DNA of 64,000 bases from the human T2T-CHM13v2.0 reference genome, Homo sapiens. Below, one piece after another: positions 1 through 16,022 of the stretch. The translations under genes and the position numbers were made by a program. The first letter of the stretch is position 1; every line of letters starts with the position of its first letter. Below the pieces are notes generated by a model that had not been told where the DNA came from, did no database searches, and saw only the letters and a program-made list of their open reading frames with translations. Where the stretch lies: NCBI RefSeq assembly GCF_009914755.1, contig NC_060938.1. One strand, 5' to 3'.

Positions 1-110
1 AGCACTTGCTTGACGAAGATCCCCTGGTCCCCACCACCTGTGACACTGTAGCCACTGGCTCCTGCCTCCACCTCTGTCTTCAGCGTCACCTCTGTTGCCT
101 CCTGGACAGC
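1..110 (-). CDS. AHNAK2: AHNAK2 coding exon 5 (partial, runs off window); start of the PDZ-like domain
   Basis: CAG acceptor at 113-111. Translates [36 protein letters not shown](L), in phase 0 with exon 4 and matching the AHNAK2/periaxin-type PDZ start. Confidence 0.95.
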
Positions 111-1063
111 CTGGAGCAGAAGCACATCAGGGCCATGGTGAGCATGTGCCAGTCCCACCATAAGCATCCCTGCTGGGGCCTGTGTCTCCAGAGGATGGGC
201 ACCCCACCATCCTTTCCATCAGCCCAGACAACACAGAGCAGAGTAGGGTACCCACCAGGTGGGCTCAGGTAGCTGTCTCTGAGCTCTGGAGGAAGCCAGC
301 TGGAACCTGCCAGAACTCTTGTCCCCACCCCAACCTGCCAGGACTTAGGCACAGCCTGTCCATGCCATCAGGCCCAGCAGGGCACCAGGAGCAGCGCAGA
401 ACGGATTCTGCTTTCCCTGTGGCCAGTTTCTCTTTTTCAGCTCCTTCATGCATCTTCACAAACGCGTGAAGCACCAGTTGTGTGCAAGGCACCTGATGCT
501 CAAGACAAGGAAGCACAGCAATGCCAAGGAAAATACGGGACATTGGGTGCAGCCTGCGAGACCTGGGACAGGATGGGGCCTGTGTCCTGCAGAGCTCTTG
601 GACTGCTGGGGCCTCCAAGGAAAAAAACTAGTTGCTTAAGAGGCAGAGTGCCCTCATCATTGGGTGCTAGCAGAGTCTAGCACCTTCCATAGTTCCATGG
701 CCTGGGTGCTGACTGGCCCTTTCAGCCCCACAGCTTGAATATGCAACAGACACCAGCACTGCCCCATTGCACGGAGGAGAAAATCGAGGTCTGTACAGCC
801 AGGTCTACCTGGCCAGGAGCTTGGCTATGCATCAGACTCCACCCCAGGGAGGGGTGGAGAGGGCCAGGACCAGATGTAGCCTTCTGGAGCCCCTGCCCTT
901 CCCCAGGCCTGACAAGGGGGACAAGAACACCCCTCCTCCCCAGGGCACGGGGCACACTGCCAGCCTCTTTGCTCCTCCCCTGCCTGCTCTGACCTCGGAC
1001 TCTCTGGCTGGATCCCTTGAGGACCGACACACCTCTGTGACCCTCAGCTCCTGCTGTACCCAC

Positions 1064-1165
1064 CTCTGGACGACTCATCCTGAAAAATGTCCGTGAGTCC
1101 CCTGAATCTCGCTTCCACCAGGATCTCCGTCTCCCAGCAGAACCTTGCCTGCCGGGGGCGTCTTC
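1064..1165 (-). CDS. AHNAK2: AHNAK2 coding exon 4 (102 nt)
   Basis: CAG|GAA acceptor, GAG|GTGGG donor; [34 protein letters not shown]; contains Met101 (1078-1076). Confidence 0.95.
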
Positions 1166-1885
1166 CTGCAGCCACAAGTGTTGGGAGTTAGGCACCTGCC
1201 CCAGCTCAGGGACAGGGAGGGGCACAGGTAGGCTGGTGCCAGACCAGGAGCCCTCCCTTCAGAGGGGCCCAGAACTTCCAACACACAGCTGTGTGCAGAG
1301 GCAGCCGAGTTCCTCCAGGCACATCCACAGAGAAAAGGCAACTCTCGGCCTTCCTGCTTCCCGACGGGGCCCAGCCTACAGCCCACAGCACCCACCCTAC
1401 AGCCCACAGCGCCCATAGGGAAGCCCCACAGCAACTGGAGTTTTGTATGGAGGGAGATAAGAAATTCAAATTGTACAAAAATGAATCCTTTCATAGACAT
1501 GCCTCCTCTGATCCCTTCCCCGAGTCCTTGTCTCCAGAGGTAGCCATGGGGCCCTGTCCCCAAAGACAGCATGAGTGTGTTACACAGGTGCAGGGATGCA
1601 CACACCCTGTGCCCCTGAAACACAAACACAGTAACATGAGGCCTGTCCCCATCAGCCCATACGCATGCTCACAAGAGCTGCAGGGCACCTCCATCCCACT
1701 GTGCCCTGGCCGGCCACAGGGAGGGACCCAAGGGCACAGAGGAGTCTGAGAGGACATCTGAGTGGGCACTGCCCAGTGGGCAGCGGGGCAGGGCAGCAAG
1801 GTTGAACAGACATGCGTGAGTTGCCCACACAGGGCGATGCAGGAGGAGACCTGGGTGCCTGTGGGGCTCTGCCCAGCAGGCTCAC

Positions 1886-1984
1886 CTGGAGTCCAAAGTC
1901 GGCAGCCTCAGTCGTGTATTCGTAGACAGGTGAAGACCCCTGCGGCCGTGGTCGAATGCCCTCATCCGCAGGCCCTTCAGTCAC
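1886..1984 (-). CDS. AHNAK2: AHNAK2 coding exon 3 (99 nt)
   Basis: CAG|GTG acceptor, CAG|GTGAG donor; [33 protein letters not shown]. Confidence 0.95.
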
Positions 1985-2089
1985 CTGACGGGAGAGAATC
2001 CAGTTATTTTTGCCACTCGGTTCTCCCAGGGCCCAGGGAGAATGGGGGCAGGGTATGAGGAGGACACACTTCCTCCTGCTCTCACTTAC

Positions 2090-2148
2090 AGAGTGGTCAT
2101 CTTCCGTTTCTGCACCTGGCTCCCCGGGCTGCAGCTGACGGCCGGACA
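2090..2148 (-). CDS. AHNAK2: AHNAK2 coding exon 2 (59 nt)
   Basis: CAG|TG acceptor (phase 1), TCT|GTAAGT donor; (V)[19 protein letters not shown]; 55+59 nt restores phase 0. Confidence 0.95.
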
Positions 2149-2642
2149 CTGCAGAGAGAGTGGCTGTCAGTGGAGACAAGCAGGCTGGGGGAGCAGATCG
2201 GGGCCCGGGGGAGGGAGCCAGGACTGTATGTACACTGTGGAGGTGTCATAGTCCTTTCCTGGACACTGGATCGGAGAGCAAACTCAGGGGCTGGGGGAAG
2301 ATCTATAGCCAATGGGCTGGAGAGGCTGAGGCATCACGTCAGGTAGCAGTGAATTGAGACTGGACTTATTCCAAGTTGGAACAGATTTAGTCCAAGAAAG
2401 TGACTAAACAAACACAAGGCGTTTGTTATTGTATAACCACACCCTGGGAGGATCAGAATCCAGAGCTGCCAGAATATATTATCTAAAATGTCCAGCAGCC
2501 ACCAAAAAATTACAAGTTACGCGAAGAAACAAGAATGTATGGTCCATACTGAGAAACAAAGCAGTGAATGCAAAGTGTCTCTAAATGTCTACTAATGCTG
2601 GGTTTAATACAGACTTCAAAGAAACTATTAAAAGTTTGTTCA

Positions 2643-2978
<336 letters not shown>

Positions 2979-3529
2979 TTAATGGAAAATATGTTAACAA
3001 TGGCTCAATGAAGAGAGAATCTCATAAAGAAATAAAACTTATTTTTTAAAAGCAAGCAAAAATTCTGGAGTTGAAAATTTACTACTGGGGTTCACCAACA
3101 GATTTGAGATACCAGAAGAATTATCAACTTGTAGATTAATATAAATTAACCAATTTGAAGAACGGGGTCAGGGGGAAGATTGTTTGAAGAAAAACAGAGT
3201 CTCAGAGCATTAACCATAAGATAAAGAGGCAGAAGAGAGAGTTGAAGAAGTGATAGCTGAAAACAATCTGCAGAATCCAAGAAGCGCGACCAGACCTAAG
3301 CAGGAGAAACACAGAGATCCACACCTAGAAACGTCACAGTCAAAATGCTTAAGAGAAAGGGCCCCATCACATAATAAGGGCACAAAAATACAACTAACAC
3401 CTGAATCACATCAAAACCATAGAAGCTACGAGAAAGTGGAACAATATATTCAAAGGGCTGAAAGAAACTGTTGTCAACGAAGAATTTGATATCAAGCAAC
3501 CTATCCTTCCAAAAATAAAGGCAAAATAG

Positions 3530-4118
<589 letters not shown>

Positions 4119-4389
4119 AAATTTAAATTTTAAAAAAAGGAAAAATAAAGGCATTCCCAAATGAACAAAGACTTGGAAATGTCATTGCTAGCAAATCTGC
4201 CTTACAAGATATACTAAAGAAGTCCTTCGGACTGAAAGGAACTAATACCAGACACTAAGTCAAATGCACAGGAAGAAATGGAGAATGCAGAAAATGGTAA
4301 CTATGCAGGCAAATATAAAAGACTCTATGAATATATATTGTCCTCATTTTATTTCTTAACTTCTTTCAAAAACAGAGGATTGTATAAAG

Positions 4390-4608
4390 CAAGGATTGAC
4401 AAACTTTTCTTGAAAAAGGCAATATAGTGGATATTTTAAGCTTACCAGGCCACATGATCTCTGTTGCAACTCTGCAGCCATAGTACAAAAGCAGCTATAG
4501 ATTATAGATAATATGTAAATAAATGAGCAAAACTGTTTCAACAAAACTTTACTTGTAAAACAAAAAGGAGGCTGGATTTAGAAGACAGACAATCATCTGT
4601 GAACCACT
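4390..4608 (+). mobile_element. MER58A-like hAT-Charlie MITE
   Basis: Resembles the recalled consensus (CAAACTTTT...ATATTTTA.GCTT...TCTCTGTTGCAACT...AAAGCAGCTATAGA). Confidence 0.75.
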
Positions 4609-4713
4609 TATATAAGGCAACAATTCTAACACCATATTGTTAGGATTATAACATATATAGATACAGTATATACGTGACAATAATAGCAAAAAGGAGTAGG
4701 AGGAGAGGGTATA

Positions 4714-5052
4714 CAGTCAGCCTCTCATATCAGTGGTTTCTGTATCCTGAGTTCAATGAAACTTGGGTCAAAAATGTTCTCCCAAAAATTGCACCTGTAC
4801 TGAACACGTGTAGACTTTTTTTCTTGTCATTATTCCCTAAACAATATAGTATACCAGCTATTTACATAGCATTTACATTGCATTAGGTATTATAAGTAAT
4901 CTAGAGATGATTTAAAGTATAGGGGAGGGAAGATGTATGTAGGTTATTTGCAAATACTACATTGCTTTATAGAAGGGACTTGAGCATCCATGAATTTTGG
5001 TATCTGAGGGAGGTCCTAGAAGCAATCCCTCATGGATGCTGAGGCACAAGTG
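4714..5052 (-). mobile_element. MER2 (TcMar-Tigger) DNA transposon
   Basis: TATTATAAGTAATCTAGAGATGATTTAAAGTATA core, CAGT terminus and TA target duplications at both ends. Confidence 0.8.
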
Positions 5053-5326
5053 TACCCTGGACCAAAGTTTCTATAATTTACCAGAATTAAGCTGGCATTG
5101 CCTGGGGCTGGGAGTGGGAAGGGAGATTGATTGTAAATGGGGTTGAGAAAATTTGGAAGGTGATGGAGGTCTTCCAGAACTGGATTGTGGTAATGTTTGC
5201 ACAACTCTATAAGGTTAGTAAAATGATTGAATTGTACATTTACAATGGGTGAGTTCTATGGTTTATAAACTGTACCTCAATGAAACTGTAAAAGAAAAAG
5301 GTAATTAACTGTATAAAACAAAAATA

Positions 5327-5638
<312 letters not shown>

Positions 5639-5708
5639 TTAGAATTTTACAAATATAGAAGTAAAGCATATGACAGGATGGGGATGGAGTGCAAAAGTTG
5701 CTGTTGTG

Positions 5709-6002
<294 letters not shown>

Positions 6003-6166
6003 GTTGCTGTTGTGAAGATCTTACATTATACTTAAAGTAGGACAATCTTACTTGAAATTATACTGTAATAAGTTAAATATTCAGGGTATAAAGCATAATG
6101 CAACCATTAAAAAAATAAAAAGATGTATAGGTAATAAGCCAATAGTGGAACCAAAATGGAATGCTA

Positions 6167-6692
<526 letters not shown>

Positions 6693-6840
6693 TCAGGTGC
6701 ACAGGGGACAGTCACTGAGACAGGCCCCATGCTGGCTCAGAAACCTGTCTTGACGAATTTAAAATAACTTCAGTCATCCGAGTTCTCTTCTCTGACCCCC
6801 AGTGGAATCAAGACAGTGCGGCAGAAACACAAATCAGTGA

Positions 6841-7295
<455 letters not shown>

Positions 7296-8023
7296 TAAAC
7301 CTGGACCCTTCCATCCCATCACTCATGAAAATGAATTTGAAATGAATCATAGAGGGGAATGTAAAACCAAAAACTATAAAACTTCTAGAAGAAAATATAG
7401 GAGAACTTCTTTAACACCTCGAGGGCAGCAAAGTTTTCTTAGGATACAGAAGGTAAGGATCATAGAACGAAAACTGATAAATTTAAGTTCTCATAATTTA
7501 AAACACTGGCCTTAAGAGCTTTCATTTTCCTCAGAAAACGAAAAGGCAGTGAATGTATCTGGCAAAGGACTTGCATGGAGCCTGTGTACAACTCAACGGA
7601 AGAGAAAAAGCTCAGCTAAAAATAGGCAGCAGATTTGAACAGACATTTCACAAAAGAAGATGTACGAGTGTTCAATAAGTACAAGGAAAGATGCTCAACA
7701 TTTTCAGTCATCAGGAAAATGCAAATCAAGACCAATGGAACAGAACAGAGATCCCAGAAACAGACACACGTACACAAAGCTGTGATGATCTGTTCAACAC
7801 ATGGCCTGGGATCCATGGGATATCCATATGGAAAAACATTAATCTTCGCCCCACCTCAGCCAGAGAAAATTAATTTCATGTGGATTACAGATCCAAAATT
7901 AAAGGCTTAACAATAAAATTTCTAGAAAATAAATAGAAATTACTTTTGGAGTAGGGGAAAAATTCTTAAACAGAACACACAAAAAATGACAGATATTGGT
8001 CTATATTAAAATTAAGAGCTTCT

Positions 8024-8432
<409 letters not shown>

Positions 8433-9429
8433 TCAAAAAATTAAAAATAGAACTACCATTTGATCCAGCAGTCCCACTACTGGGTATATATCCAAAGGAA
8501 ATGAAATCGATAAATTGCAGCTATCTTTGCCCAAAACACAGATTGGGCAAAGATACCTGCAATACATTTACCAAGCAAAGGCCTCCAACCCAGAATGCAC
8601 AAAGAATTCTTGCAAACCAAAAGACAAACAACCCGATAGAAATATGGGCAAGAAAACACTGGAAAGGTAGCTCATAGAAGAGGATATTCAACCAGCCGAT
8701 TAGTATATGGAAAGATGGCCAGCATTTCTAGTCATCTGGGCAATGCTAACAAAACCACGAGGTGCCATATGCTCCCAGGAGAATGGCTGAAATGGAAAAG
8801 TCGAGGCAGACCACCTGGAGACAAGGCCTAGGGCAGCTGGAACTCCATCCTGGTGTGGGTTGGGGGTCAGCTGGCACAACCACTTGGAAACAGCCTGGTA
8901 GAGCCTTACCCTGTGGCCCAGCAACTCATAGCCAGGGGCAGAGCCAAGAAATATGCGCACATATGTCCCTCAAAAGATGGATGCAGGAACATCCATCTCA
9001 GTATAATCTGCAGCACCCAGAAACCAGAGATTCAAATGTCCATCAACAGTAGAATAAAAAAAAAGGCGAGGTATTTGTCCAATGGAACAGTATATGGTAT
9101 AAACTATGCCTATGTGCAACGTGGATGAAGTTCACAAACACAAGGTTGAGACACAGAAGCTAGATATAAAAAGCGCTCGTACCGGGGGAGCCCGTCACAT
9201 CCAGCTCACAGTCAGGCTCAGGCCACCTAGGGCTGAAGTCACCAGGGGGAGCAGGCAGACAGGGTCTCCTGGAGAGGACTAATTACTTGGGTGTGCCATG
9301 GTTTGTACCCTTTCTCCATAAAAAATTTTAGAATTCTATATAAAATCAAACACAATTATAAACTTTACACTAATAAATCTGAAAATTTCGATTGATTGGA
9401 TATATTCCTAGAAAACCCACAAGAAGAAC

Positions 9430-9650
9430 CAAACTTGTCCAACCCACGGCCCACAGGCCGCATGTGGCCCAGAACAGCTTTGAATACGGCTTAACACAAA
9501 TTCATAAACTTCCTAAAACTTTATTACACTCTTTTGCAATTGTTTCTTTTAGCTCATCAGCTATCATTAGTGTAGTTTATGTGTGACCCAAGACAATTCT
9601 TCTTCTTCCAATGTAGCCCAGGGAAGCCAAAAGATAGGACGGACGCCCCG
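9430..9650 (-). mobile_element. MER30 hAT-Charlie MITE
   Basis: CTTGTCCAACCC...GGCCGCATG and AGACAATTCTTCTTC..CCAATGT.GCCCAGGGAAGCCAAAAGAT match the recalled MER30 consensus. Confidence 0.8.
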
Positions 9651-9682
9651 ATGGATAATCCAAGTATTTTTGTAACGATTTA

Positions 9683-9917
<235 letters not shown>

Positions 9918-12900
9918 TCAAATCCCTTATTTAAAACCGTCCCACAAAAAGGACTCCAGTCTCAACCCCACTCTGAATTATACTCTAAATATTCCAAGAA
10001 GAAACAGTACCAATCTTACGCCAACTCTGGCGCCCTGGCCTGGGCTCCAGGGCCTCCCTCCTGCAGTGACAAGGAGGGTCTCAGACCTAAGGCCCCCATC
10101 CCTGCCCCAGACCCAGTTGCTGGTAGGACACTGATTGGGAAGGAGCATGTCCCTATCCTTTGGGGTGGTGTGCTGGCCTCGGGGACCAGCTGCTCCCTGT
10201 CCCCTGCGGTAGGTGTCCTGGCCTTGGGGACTGTCCCACGAAGACAGATGGGGAGGCCCAGTCCCGGCAGTGGTCTAGGTCTGGCTGCTCCTCTGGCCAG
10301 TGTGCTGTGTGGCCCTGAGCAAGCTCATCCCCTCTCTGAGCTTTCATTCCCTCATGGATATGTGGACCACCCTGCCTGCCCTGACTGTGGGTTGCTGGGC
10401 TACAGACACTGCTCCCGCAGAGGCACCCCCAGGGCCATGCCTGCTCATCCCAAGAGCACCTCTGCCTGCGCGGGCCCCTGCCACTCCCTCACCGCTTCAC
10501 GGGCCTCTCCTTGCCCTTCTGCAAGATGGCTCACAGCCCAGGTCCCCTCTGGCTCTGCTCTCAGGCCTGGCAGGGCTGGAGGATGGTGTCTCCTGGAGGA
10601 GGTTCTCTCAAGCGAAGGAAGAGAAGGGCAGGAGGTGAGGGCAGGCAGGGCTGGGTCAGTGCCAGGAGGCATCAACACTCACCCCCACGTCATCCCGGCC
10701 CCGCCACCTTCCTACTGCTCCGGGGGCCAGGCCCAGACCCCTGGCCTCCATAACCCCCCAGCAGAGCCACAACCTCCGTTTCCCCCACCTGCCAAACCAG
10801 CCTTGCCCACGGTGTCAGCCCAAGAATTGTACCCCTGGCAACCCCACAACACGATCTCCTCCACAGGCCCCTTCTCCCTAACCAGGCAGTGAAGGGGCAA
10901 GACCCTGTCTCCCTTCTGCACAGCTCTGTCCTGGCCACCTGGGCCCATCTCACTCACCTTTGCATTCAGACACTGCCCCACCACCTGACAGGGCCCCTGC
11001 TGCTCCCACCTGGACGCACCCCCAACCTGCACAGACAGAACTTGGCCAGCCCCACCGCTCTGCCTCCCAGATGGCTGCCAAACCCTCCACTCCTTGCCCA
11101 CCTGCCCCCTCCCACTCCCTCCACGTGGCCCTGCCAGGGCTCCCCAGTGCACCCCACAACCCTGAGGGACCACCAGCTGGGGCCACCCCAGCCCCTCTGG
11201 AGCTGCCTGGAGCTCCAGCCACACCAGACCCACAACAAATTCGTGGGACGGGGTGGTGCCAAGGAGAGGGACAGGAATCTGGCCAGAGCCTGCCCACCGC
11301 TAAGCCAAGGGCAATGGCAGGTAAGCCACTCTCTGGCCTCAGTTTCCCTTCCTGCTCTGCCCAGACCCTGCCGCTCAATCCCCAAGGTGGGTAACATATG
11401 TGAAAACTGAGGCTGGGGGAGGGGAGCCACTTACCCAAGGGGACCCAGCCAGTAGGTGTGGAGCTGGGGCAACTACCTAGCAGGGCTGGGGGCAGAGGAG
11501 GGTCCCTGGGTCACTTGGCCCACAGCTGCTCCCCTGGCAGCAGGTGCAGCTGGGGTCATGAGTGGGGAGGGGCTCCACTGCCTCGGAGACCGGGTGTCCC
11601 AGGCCCTGCCTAGCACTCAGGGTGGGGCAGGTGTTCTGAGGCTGCCCAGAAACCCAGCCGCCTCCCCGTCCCTCCGCAGCCTCCCCAGCCAAAAAGCCCC
11701 ACCCAGCTGGCAGGAGCCTGGATGGGTTGGGGGTGGGGGGCAGCTGCTGTGAGGCCCAAGAAAGGGTCAGGAGGGCAACTCCTCGGAGAAGGGACTCGCC
11801 AGGCAGGGAAACACAGGTCTGCTGGGCTGGGGGTGGGCACCACGGTCAAGGGCCCCTGAGCTGGGCACAGCCGGCTGCACTCCCAAATCTCTCCAGGGTA
11901 GTCTTGTGGGTGTTGGGGCCGGTGAGGGAGGGTGTCGACAGCAAGCCCTGGGCACACCCTGTGCTGGGAACCTGCATGGGGGAAGGAGGAGGAGACGTGA
12001 CCAGCCCTGCTCCTGCTGGCCCTCGTGCCTGGTCCTGCCACTGGCCCACGCGGGACAGTCCCCAGCCCCACCCTCAGCCACCGCACTGGGAGCGGCTGTT
12101 CCTACACTGCCTGTAGTGGGGATGGAGTGCAGAGGCTCAGCGAGCGGCAGACCTGCCTCTGGCCACAGAGCTGCGCAGTGGGGACCCCTCCAGTCACTGG
12201 GCTGGCAGGAGCCTGGCCCAGGAACACAAACAGGAAGGGGGAAATCCTGCCCGCCTCGGGATAAGGCTGCGCAGCCAGGCTACCGGCCTCGGACCCGCGC
12301 CAGTCGGGAGAGAGAGGAAGGCCCCCAGTATCCCAGTCCCCCGCCAAGAGCACCGCCTCCCAGGCCCGAGCTCCTGAGGAAGCCCCGCCTCGGCCGCAGA
12401 GCGCAGGGGAGGCCGCCTTTGCCCGCCCGGCCTCCGGTTCTCCCAGACAGGCTCTGCAAGTGGCCCCATCACCTGAATCATGACACTGTTTGTTGACGGT
12501 CACCAAAGCCCCACTTCACAGAGGAGAATGTGGAGGTGACTCGCCTGAGCCAGGCCCAGCTGGTCAGGCCGTTGGCACCTGGTTCCTTCCCCAATGCCCT
12601 TCCCCCACTCCCCGGGCCCCCCAGCGCCCTGGCCTCAACACTACCATTAACATTCCTGCGGGTGAAAACTTGAACCTTGTGGAGGGACCCCGGGACCCAG
12701 GTCAGTCCCTTGCATGCCAGGGCAGGTGGGGGTGGTACCACAGTGAAAGCCGCAGAGGACACCCACCCTGGCCCAGAAAAGCTGCCTCCCCGAGAACTGG
12801 ACTATCCTGGCGCAGGGCCTGAGCAGGCGGGGCCTCAGGCAGTGTGTCTGGGGGACGAGCAGATCCTGGCCGGGAGGCGGGGAGGGGCCGAGCGGGAGGG

Positions 12901-14019
12901 GAGAAGGAACACAGGCGGGGAGTGTGGCAGAGGCTCACCAACACCCCTGCTCCACAGCTGGGTCCAGATTGAGGACTCCCACCAGCCACCAGCTAAATGA
13001 GAGTTCTTGGAGGGTCCAGAACAGGTCCGTGGGGGGAGGAGGTGGATTTTGCTTAAACAAAATCCAAGTTTGCCTCTAAACTGGCAGCCCCAGGGCCCCA
13101 TCTCTGGCCTCCAGGTGGGAGGGCATGGTTGGGTGCATTTGCAAGTCCCCAGGGCCCTGGGGGCTGGCAGGGAGGAGACTGGCTCTCCAGTGGCCGGAAA
13201 AGTCCATCCTGGGTGGGAGGAACGAATGGCCCACTCCAGGTTTGCAGGTGTGTGTGCACACGTGTGTGCTCACAGGATGTACGTGCTCAGGTGCTAGGGC
13301 GTGTGTGCACTTGTGTGTCTGGCCTGGGCTCCTCCCTCTGAACACCCATGGACAGCCCAGAGTGAGGCCATGGAGGCGGGAGCCCTGTGGGAGTCACTGC
13401 CCTCGGGCTGGAAACCTGGTGCCCACCCAGACACAGGCACACACAGCCGGCCGCACTTGGGCCTCACCCAGTCGTGGAACTTCATGAAGAAGGTGCCAAG
13501 CGGGCTGACTGTCATGAGACCTTCAGACTTCCCTGAGCAACATCCCCCGCCCCTCCCCGATGCTTCTTGAGATAACTCTCTCGGGATGAGCTCAGGCTCT
13601 TGCTCCTGCCTCTGTGTCTGCCTCCAAGGCTGCAGGAGGGCTGGGGAAGCCAGACTCAGTCCCCTAGACCTGGGAGCTGGGCTCCTTGCCCATCCAGCAG
13701 CCATTCCCCACTGCAGCCCAGCTGCACCCGTGAGGCTATTCACATCACCCTCTCCCGAAACAACCTTTCGTAGCTCCCTGGTGCCGTCCATCGGTCAGAC
13801 TGGCCTGGCAGCCTCTCCGTGCCTGCTCTAGCCCTAGCCGACATCCCCAGCCTCTCCAGCCCTCACTGTGCCTGCCTGGGCCACAGGCGCTCTCTCTCTG
13901 GGCTTTCCCAGGCTGTCTTCTCTGCTGGGCAAATTCACAGACTGAGCTTGGCCACCCTGCCATGGCTTCTGGACACTGCCGGCTCCCTGGTCCCCAGAAC
14001 ACTTTGCTCACCAAGCACT

Positions 14020-14060
14020 CAGAGCCTGGCACACAGTAGGTGCATAATAAATGCTAGTGC
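14020..14060 (+). mobile_element. L2 3'-end fragment
   Basis: AGAGCCTGGCACACAGTAGGTGCATAATAAATGCTAGT resembles the L2 terminus. Confidence 0.6.
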
Positions 14061-15601
14061 AGGCAGTGCATGGGAAAAAGGAAGGAGCTTGTCAGATCTC
14101 CTGGAAAAGCCTGGTAAGCCTGAGGGTGGGAGCCAGTTGATGGGGATGGGAGGGCAGCAGGTGGGCCCAGTTCATCTCCTTCTGCTCCTGGAGAAACTGA
14201 GGCACAGGGTAGCACATGTGCCACCTCTCCAAGGGATTTGGCAGCCAAAAGGAACAGCCCCATGCTCCCATCCATCCCAGGCGGGCTAGCCTGAGCCAGT
14301 TTCCCTGGGCTGAAAGGCCGGCCCCACAGACGTCCAGGGCAGTGTGACCCTGTGATGGAGCTACCCATCGCCCCAGGCCCCCACAGCCCACCTCGGGCAC
14401 CCCCAGGAGAGTAAACCTGGCCTTTGGAAGCAACCACCCTCCACAGCCACCCAGGGCCCCTGTGCACCAAGCAAGCACACGGTCATCTGAGGACCCTTCT
14501 CCAGGCCCCACGCCCACCTTGGGGACTTGCAGACCTGCGGCTGCCCTGAATGTGGGTGCTCTTGGCATTCACCTCCCCCCACACCCAGGCTCCTTGGAAA
14601 CAAGAGCCACTGTCCCCTACCTGCCCAGGGCCCACAGCTTGGTGTCCTGCCACACACCTTGTATGGCCTGGGCTCCGCCGGCACCCCAGGGACCAGGACC
14701 CAGGAGAAGGGGCTCCGGGGCTTTCTCCCTGACATCCCTGCCCAGCCCGCTGGCCCTGGCTGGAGCCACGGTGAACTAACACCCCTGCCCGTCTGTCAGC
14801 TGCAGGTCGGGGGATGCCTAGCCCAGCTCTGTTCCTCCAGCCCCCCTTGCTGGTGGCCTGCTGGCCCCCACAGACCCGCGGAAGAGTGAGGCAAGCAGGT
14901 GTCCGGACATGGACACAGGAGCCACTTACCAAGGAAGCTACAGACGCTCTCCCAACTGGCCCAGAAGCGAAGATCCCAACTGGCCACCTCCCCCTGCCAC
15001 GCCCGGTTCTTCCCTCCACAGCTCCTCCCCCCATTGTCCCGCCTCTGCCTGCTCCTAGGGCTGGCTCTGGACCCTGCCAGGACCCCCACATCCCACCAGA
15101 GGGAGTGGGCGGGTCCCCTGATGGGCCAGGAGCCTGGCCAGCCCCCAACACTCACTCAGCTTCTTGGAGCTGGGGACCCCACCCTGAGTGCCCCCCCCCA
15201 GCCTGAGCAGCTGACTGCAGAGGAACAGACCGCTCTGAGTCACACAGCCAGCCCAGTCTGGTGAGTGCCTTAGTGTGCGCCAGGTCCTGCTGTGTGGACA
15301 GACACAGGCCTGAGGCAGGTCCCTCCTAGGCAGGCTCTGCACAAACCCTGTGTCTCAGTTTCCCTATGGGGGCCAGGACAGAGGCTGGCCCAGAAGGGAG
15401 GAGAGGCATAGCCTAAGGGCCTGCCCCCATGGTCACTGGGCCAGTGACCTTGGGGCCTGGTCATCTGCCACCTGCCTGAGCCCCCAGGGCAGCCGACCCT
15501 GGCCTCCCTTCAGCCCGCTCAGCCCAAACTCACAGCGGCCACCACACCTCGAAGCACCAGGGTATCTGGTAAGCAGGGTGCGGTGGGGCTCAGGAAGCAG
15601 C

Positions 15602-16022
15602 ATTTTTTGAAACAGGGTCTCTCTCTCACCCAGGTTGGAGTGCAGTGGTGCGATCATGGCTCACTGCAGCCTCAAACTCCTGGACTCAAACCATCCTCCC
15701 GTGTCAGCCTCTCAAGTGGCTGGGGCTCCAGGTGACGCCACCACACCTGGCTAATTTTAAAAATTTTTTGTAGAGATAGGATCCTACCATATTGTCCAGG
15801 CTGATCTCATACGCATGGGCTCAGGTGATCCTCCCGCCTTGGCCTCCCAAGTGGCTGGGGCTGCAGGCACACACCAGCACGCCTGGCTAATTTTTAAATT
15901 TTTTGTAGAGACAAGGTCTCCCTGTGTTGCCCTGGCTAGTCTCAAACTCCTAGGCTCAAGTGATCCTTCTGCCTCAGCCTCCCAAACTGCTGGGATTACA
16001 GGTGTGAGCCTCCGCACTGGCC
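15602..16022 (-). mobile_element. AluJ-type element with three arms (internal duplication)
   Basis: Two CCTGGCTAATTTT..AAATTTTTTGTAGAGA linkers ~135 bp apart; ~420 bp total. Confidence 0.8.

Noticed and set aside
1371-1415. 21-bp two-copy tandem repeat in AHNAK2 intron 3
   Set aside because: Ordinary small duplication with no functional cue.
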